Part shown: one piece after another, positions 15,182 through 20,287 of the stretch | How positions within the stretch are numbered: position 1 is the first letter of the stretch | Layout of the letters: each line of letters opens with the position of its first letter | Assembly (NCBI GenBank): GCA_039586795.1 | Contig: JBDHJS010000056.1 | Span: forward strand, 1 to 20,287 | Reading direction: 5' to 3' | Source: Gemmatimonadota bacterium | GTDB taxonomy: Bacteria; Gemmatimonadota; Gemmatimonadetes; Palauibacterales; KS3-K002 | Length of the DNA stretch: 20,287 nt | Position numbers and translations under genes: made by a program | Notes under the pieces: model-generated | What the model was told of the DNA's origin: nothing | Databases searched by the model: none | Seen by the model: the letters and a program-made list of their open reading frames with translations, nothing else

Positions 15182-18100
15182 ATGTCCAGGTTCTTTGGTC
15201 AAAAGAAGGCAGGAGACGGCCGCCGCCGTCGGGACCGAGTCGAAGGAGCAGGCCACGGCGAGTACAAGGAGTTCTGGCTGACCTCGTTCGCCGTCGATCA
15301 CCCGACCAGCGTATTGGTTTTGATGATCAGCATCATCCTTGCCGGGTTCGTTTCCTACATCCGGGTTCCGAAAGAGGCGGCGCCGGAGATCACGGTTCCC
15401 TTCATCTCGGTGAACACGATCTATCCAGGCGTCGCACCCGAGGATATAGAGACGCTGATCACTCGCGAGATCGAGCTCGAGCTCAATAAGATCGGGGACG
15501 TGAAGGAGATCACGTCGAACTCGGTTGAAGGCTACTCGAGTGTCGTCGTCGAGTTCGAGGCGGGGATGGACATGACCGAGGCGCTCCAGCAGGTGCGCGA
15601 AAAGGTCGATATCGCCAAACCCGAGCTTCCGCTGGCGGCGGAGGAACCGATGATCATCGAGTTCAACTTCGCCGAGTTCCCGATCATGCAGGTGAACATA
15701 TCAGGCGAGTACAGCCTGGTCAGGCTGAAGCAACTGGCAGAAGATGTCCAAGACCGAATCGAGCAGATCCCCAACGTACTCGAAGTGACTCTGTCCGGCG
15801 GACTGGAGCGCGAGGTCCAGATCAATGTCGACCTGCCGAAGCTCAAGTACTACGGGCTGGCGTTTCAGGACGTGATCGACGCGATCTGGGAAGAGAACGT
15901 GACGACACCGGGTGGCTCCATAGACGTCGGTGACATGAAATACCTGGTGCGAGTGCCGGGCCAGTTCGAGAACACTCGCCTTATCGAAGACATCGTCATC
16001 ACCACGCCGGGTGACCGGCCGGTGTATATCCGCGATGTGGCGACGGTCGATTTCGGATTCAAAGAACGGGATAGCTACGCGCGACTCGACGGGCAGGCCG
16101 TCGTTACTCTCTCCGTCTCGAAGCGCGTCGGAAAGAACATCATCCAGACCGCTGACGCAGTTAGGGCGGCGGTCGAGGAGATGACGCCGAGTTTCCCACC
16201 GACCACGACGGTGAAGATCACTTCTGACGTATCAGAAGACGTTCACCACATGGTCAGCAGCCTCGAGAACAACATCATCTCGGGTCTGATCTTCGTCGTG
16301 GCGGTGCTGCTCTTCGCGTTGGGTATTCGCACCGCGTCGTTCGTCGGTGTCGCCATTCCACTGTCGATGCTGTTGTCGTTCAGCGTGATTCAGCTGTCCG
16401 GAATGACGATGAATTTCATCGTCTTGTTCAGCCTGATTCTGGCGCTGGGGATGCTGGTCGACAATGCGATTGTGATCGTGGAGAACATATATCGGTTCCG
16501 AGAGAACGGATACGACAACAAGGAGGCTGCAAAACTAGCCGCGGGCGAGGTTGCCATGCCGGTAATGGCGGCGACAGCCACAACGCTGGCGGCTTTCGCG
16601 CCTCTAGCATTCTGGCCTGGGATCGTCGGCGAGTTCATGGGCTACTTGCCGAAGACGCTGATCATCACCTTGAGTTCGTCGCTGTTTGTTGCGCTGGTCA
16701 TCAACCCTGTACTCTGTTCTCTCTTCTTGCGTCCCGAGGGCGAGAGGGGCCCTGGACTCACTAAGGAGATGAAGTGGGCCTTCGCCAGCGTCGCCGTGCT
16801 CACGTTCGTGATCGTGGCGCTGATCCGACCGTTACCGGCGATCTTACTCGCCGCGACGGTAGCGCTGCTGTGGGCGGCCCACCACTACATTTTAGCTCCC
16901 GCGGCACTCTGGATACAGGAAGTCAGCCTGCCGGCGACGCTTCGCTGGTACGAGCGCGCTTTGCGGTTGGCTTTGGCGCATCGATTCAGCGTAATGGTCG
17001 GTGCAGGTCTGTCGCTGGTCGGGGCTGTGATGCTGTTCGGGATGTTCAGCAAGGGCGTCGTCTTCTTCCCCGAGGATATTCCGCCGTCGACGATTTACGT
17101 CCAGGTGGAGGCGCCGACAGGCACGCGGGTAGACGTGACGAATGACATCGTGCGGCGGATCGAGGAAGAGCTGGACGAGCTTGCCGGCCGAGAGGACGTC
17201 GAGTCAGTGGTTTCGACAATTGGTGGGACGGCAAGTGACTTCGGCACAAGCGCTGGGACACACCTGGCGACTGTGGCGGTGACCTTCGTCGACTACGAGT
17301 ATCGACAGCACGATACGTTCGAGACGTTGGAGCTGATGCGTAGCACGATTGGCCGTGATATCGCGGGCGCGACCATAGTCGTCGAGAAGCCGCAAGATGG
17401 TCCCCCGACTGGTTTGCCAATCACCATCGAGATCGTTGGTGAGGATGCTCAGCTGCTGAAGCAGTTGGGCGATCGGATCGTGACGACGCTGGAGAATTCC
17501 AGCATCGCGCCGAAGCTCGAGGGCCTGGAGAGCGACATGGCGGATGCCCGGCCGGAGCTCACCGTGAACGTCGACCGGGAAAGAGCTCAGCTCTTTGGGC
17601 TCAACACTTCGAAGGTCGGCTTCACCGTTCGCAGCGCGATCAACGGCGTCGAAGCCGGCGAGTATCGGGATGGCAAGGACGAATATGACATCGTCGTGCG
17701 GCTGGCCGAGGAATACCGGCAAGATCTCAGCTCGGTGTCCGACTTGACGATTGTGGCCGAGGACGGCAGCCAAGTACCGCTGCTCTCGGTGGCCAGCTGG
17801 GACGTGAACGAGAGCTTCAGCGGCATCAATCGCAAGGACCTGGACAGGGTGGTCACGGTTTCGTCCGACGTGAGATCCGGCTACAACGCCAATGCTGTCT
17901 TGGCCGAAGTGCAGGCCGAGATCGCCGACTTCGCGGCATCGCTTCCCACGGGTTACGACTTGCGGTACGCGGGCCAGCAACAAGAGCAGCAGGAATCAGC
18001 GACGTTTCTGATCGGGGCGTTCATGACCGCGATGCTGTTGATCGCCTTCATCCTGGTTTCGCAGTTCGATTCGGTGCTGAGACCGGTGATCATCCTCAGC

Positions 18101-18649
18101 TCAATTATCCTGTCGACGGTCGGCGTGTTGATCGGTCTAACGATCTTCCAGATGCCGTTCGGCATCATCATGAGCGGGGTAGGGGTGATCAGCCTGGGTG
18201 GCATCGTGGTGAACAACGCCATCGTGCTGATCGACTACATCCACATCCTTCGCGAACGGGACGGTATGAGCAACATCGAATCGCTGGTCCGTGGAGGGCT
18301 GACGCGATTCCGGCCGGTGACGCTGACGGCGATCACTACGGTGGTGGGGCTAATACCTTTGGCCATCGGTATGAACATCGATTTCTACGGCTTTTTCGGG
18401 CGCCTGCAGCCCAACTTCTACTGGGGCGGCGAACAAGCGGCATGGTGGGGACCGATGGCGATCGCGGTGATTTGTGGCCTGACGTTCGCCACGTTCCTAA
18501 CGCTGATCCTTGTTCCGGTGATGCATTCCTACACAGATGACATCGCGGCCTTCTTCGAGCGTCATTTCACGCACCTCAGAGATGATGAGAAACTGGAGGA
18601 GGCCGTCGAAGGGGCGGATATCGAGGTTCGCGAGGCTGTAACAGCGTAG
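15182..18649 (+). CDS. RND efflux transporter permease (AcrB/AcrD/AcrF family)
   Basis: 1155 aa. YPGVAPEDIETLIT, GMLVDNAIVIVENI, GIVGEFMGYLP, GIVVNNAIVLID, RFRPVTLTAITT, PMAIAVICGLTFATFLTL. Confidence 0.96.
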   Translation: MSRFFGQKKAGDGRRRRDRVEGAGHGEYKEFWLTSFAVDHPTSVLVLMISIILAGFVSYIRVPKEAAPEITVPFISVNTIYPGVAPEDIETLITREIELELNKIGDVKEITSNSVEGYSSVVVEFEAGMDMTEALQQVREKVDIAKPELPLAAEEPMIIEFNFAEFPIMQVNISGEYSLVRLKQLAEDVQDRIEQIPNVLEVTLSGGLEREVQINVDLPKLKYYGLAFQDVIDAIWEENVTTPGGSIDVGDMKYLVRVPGQFENTRLIEDIVITTPGDRPVYIRDVATVDFGFKERDSYARLDGQAVVTLSVSKRVGKNIIQTADAVRAAVEEMTPSFPPTTTVKITSDVSEDVHHMVSSLENNIISGLIFVVAVLLFALGIRTASFVGVAIPLSMLLSFSVIQLSGMTMNFIVLFSLILALGMLVDNAIVIVENIYRFRENGYDNKEAAKLAAGEVAMPVMAATATTLAAFAPLAFWPGIVGEFMGYLPKTLIITLSSSLFVALVINPVLCSLFLRPEGERGPGLTKEMKWAFASVAVLTFVIVALIRPLPAILLAATVALLWAAHHYILAPAALWIQEVSLPATLRWYERALRLALAHRFSVMVGAGLSLVGAVMLFGMFSKGVVFFPEDIPPSTIYVQVEAPTGTRVDVTNDIVRRIEEELDELAGREDVESVVSTIGGTASDFGTSAGTHLATVAVTFVDYEYRQHDTFETLELMRSTIGRDIAGATIVVEKPQDGPPTGLPITIEIVGEDAQLLKQLGDRIVTTLENSSIAPKLEGLESDMADARPELTVNVDRERAQLFGLNTSKVGFTVRSAINGVEAGEYRDGKDEYDIVVRLAEEYRQDLSSVSDLTIVAEDGSQVPLLSVASWDVNESFSGINRKDLDRVVTVSSDVRSGYNANAVLAEVQAEIADFAASLPTGYDLRYAGQQQEQQESATFLIGAFMTAMLLIAFILVSQFDSVLRPVIILSSIILSTVGVLIGLTIFQMPFGIIMSGVGVISLGGIVVNNAIVLIDYIHILRERDGMSNIESLVRGGLTRFRPVTLTAITTVVGLIPLAIGMNIDFYGFFGRLQPNFYWGGEQAAWWGPMAIAVICGLTFATFLTLILVPVMHSYTDDIAAFFERHFTHLRDDEKLEEAVEGADIEVREAVTA

Positions 18650-18662
18650 AGCGTTGCAGGCG

Positions 18663-18705
18663 AAACGGCCGCGTCACCCTCAGGGCGACGCGGCCGTTTT
18701 TTCTT
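18663..18705 (+). terminator. Rho-independent terminator of the efflux operon (may also serve the convergent pilC)
   Basis: AAACGGCCGCGTC (18663-18675) / GACGCGGCCGTTT (18687-18699) stem, with the T-run TTTTTTCTT (18697-18705). Confidence 0.85.
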
Positions 18706-18720
18706 GTGGCTCGTGCTGGG

Positions 18721-19938
18721 CTACGCGCCGACGCTCGTTAAGGCCTCGAAGATTGGCAGATAGAGAGCGACGACAATTCCGCCAAGCAGTGCCCCGACAA
18801 TCACAATCAGGGCTGGCTCCATGGCCTTCATCAGTCGTTCGACAGCGGTATCGACCTCGCCTTCATAGAAGATCGCCACCTTTTCGAACATGTCATCAAG
18901 TCGGCCGGTCTGTTCGCCGACTTCGATCATGCGAGAGACGAGCTTTGGCATGACTCCCGATTCTGATAGCGGTTTGGAGATCCCCTGGCCCGCTTCGATT
19001 GCGTGGCGTGTCCCGAGGATCGCTGACTCGATCACCACGTTGCCGGCCGTCGCGGCGGAGGCGATGATCGCGTCGATCAGGTTCGAGCCGCTCGTCAGCA
19101 GCGATGCCATGCTTTGGGCGAAGCGCGCGATAGCGGTCTTCTTGATCAAGTCGCCAAGAACCGGAACTCGCAGCAAGATCTGATCGAGGGTATAGCGTCC
19201 CCCACTGGTCTTGTAGGCCTGCTTGATGAAGACCACGGTACCGATGGTTCCGCCCAGCAGGTACATCCAGTATGACTGGACGAACTCCGACATGTTGACG
19301 AGCATCTGGGTTGGCCAGGGCAGCGTCATATCGCTGGACTCGAACATCTTCACAAAGGTGGGAACGACGAATCCCAGCATGACGCCCATCGCTGCGATCA
19401 TCACGAAGATGATGACAGCGGGGTACACCATAGCCGTTTTTACCTTGCCGACGATCTCTTGGGACTTCTCCAGGTAGTTGGCCAACCGTACCATGATCGT
19501 ATCGAGCACGCCGCCATGCTCGCCGGCTTCGACCATGTTTACGAAGATATCGGGAAACGCCTGAGGCTGCTCACGGAGCGACGTGGCCAGATCTTTCCCG
19601 GCCTGGACGTCAACGATCACCCGTTCCAGCGCTTTGTGGAGGACGGCATCCTCGGTGAGGTCCCGACAAATCTCCAGGCCATGCACCATGGGCACGGCGG
19701 CATCGATCAACGTGGCGAATTGACGAGAGAAGAGAACCAGCGAACCCGGCTTGGCTGACTTTCGGAAGCTAGATCCGCGACCACCGCTCTTCTTGGCCGC
19801 CGCCATCGGTTTGACGGCCTCGGGAACAAGTCGTTGCTTGACCAGCGCGCGGGTGGCTTCGTTGAGGTCAAGCGCCTGAACCACGCCCTCGCGGATCTGG
19901 CCGTCGACGGTATGCGCTCGATATGCAAAACTGTTCAC
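18721..19938 (-). CDS. pilC: Type IV pilus/T2SS inner-membrane platform protein (PilC/GspF family)
   Basis: FSRQFATLIDAAVP, NMVEAGEHGGVLD, AMVYP, LPWPTQ, MIEVGEQTGRLDDM, EPALIV, LYLPIF. Likely start GTG at 19938 (VNSFAYRA) with GAGG SD at 19944-19947. Confidence 0.9.
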   Translation of the reverse strand: MNSFAYRAHTVDGQIREGVVQALDLNEATRALVKQRLVPEAVKPMAAAKKSGGRGSSFRKSAKPGSLVLFSRQFATLIDAAVPMVHGLEICRDLTEDAVLHKALERVIVDVQAGKDLATSLREQPQAFPDIFVNMVEAGEHGGVLDTIMVRLANYLEKSQEIVGKVKTAMVYPAVIIFVMIAAMGVMLGFVVPTFVKMFESSDMTLPWPTQMLVNMSEFVQSYWMYLLGGTIGTVVFIKQAYKTSGGRYTLDQILLRVPVLGDLIKKTAIARFAQSMASLLTSGSNLIDAIIASAATAGNVVIESAILGTRHAIEAGQGISKPLSESGVMPKLVSRMIEVGEQTGRLDDMFEKVAIFYEGEVDTAVERLMKAMEPALIVIVGALLGGIVVALYLPIFEALTSVGA

Positions 19939-19960
19939 TTGTGCCTCATTTGTTTTTCCA

Positions 19961-20287
19961 CTACTCCACAACCTCAAACCAGTGTCGCCCAGATAGTGGC
20001 CGGGCGATCACGGCGTTTCCCATGGCCCGTGTGGCCGAACAGCTGCTGTACTGCAGAGTGGTGCCGCCACGCAGATAAGACTCGTCGCCGGCGCTAACGC
20101 CGTTGCGCACCGCCAGGCCGCCGTGTAACTCGGTGCTCCCCTTGAAGTCCGCCTGACCCAGGACGACGATGACGCCGTAGAACTCGAAATCGCCCGTGAC
20201 CTCGAAGTTCCCATCAACGAGCAGAATGCCCTGTCCGACGCCGTTACCGGAGATCTTCAAGTCACCGTTGACGTGGATGATGGGCAT
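19961..20287 (-). CDS. C-terminal fragment of a PilX-like/minor-pilin-associated protein (runs off window end)
   Basis: Gly-rich beta-helix-like repeats IIHVNGDLKISGNGVGQGILLVDGNFEVTGDFEFYGVIVVLG...YSSC...RxWxE. Lies directly upstream of pilC on the same strand. The N-terminus is outside the window, so the PilX call is tentative. Confidence 0.55.
   Translation of the reverse strand: MPIIHVNGDLKISGNGVGQGILLVDGNFEVTGDFEFYGVIVVLGQADFKGSTELHGGLAVRNGVSAGDESYLRGGTTLQYSSCSATRAMGNAVIARPLSGRHWFEVVE

Overview
GC-rich bacterial chromosomal segment. The gene content and protein styles suggest Gemmatimonadota, but this is inference. In order it holds: the 3' end of a ThiO/DAO-family FAD oxidase; a beta-propeller-like lipoprotein; a dodecin of the non-flavin (calcium-dodecin-like) type; a coiled-coil/Pro-rich/winged-helix protein divergent from a stand-alone proteasome-beta-like (Ntn-hydrolase fold) gene with an N-terminal Ser and altered catalytic residues; a lipoprotein with a pilin-like C-terminal domain; a membrane-anchored TolB-like/TPR protein; an M19 dipeptidase lipoprotein; a DUF1707/LiaF-like gene overlapping a three-gene transhydrogenase operon (pntAA-pntAB-pntB); a TetR-TolC-MFP-RND efflux operon with a triple operator; and the convergent end of a type IV pilus/T2SS locus (PilX-like fragment plus PilC/GspF). 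I saw no tRNA, rRNA, CRISPR array or mobile element. The best candidate for an undescribed system is the orphan Ser1 proteasome-like gene and its divergent neighbours (1548-3807). All family assignments come from motifs recognised by eye, not database searches.
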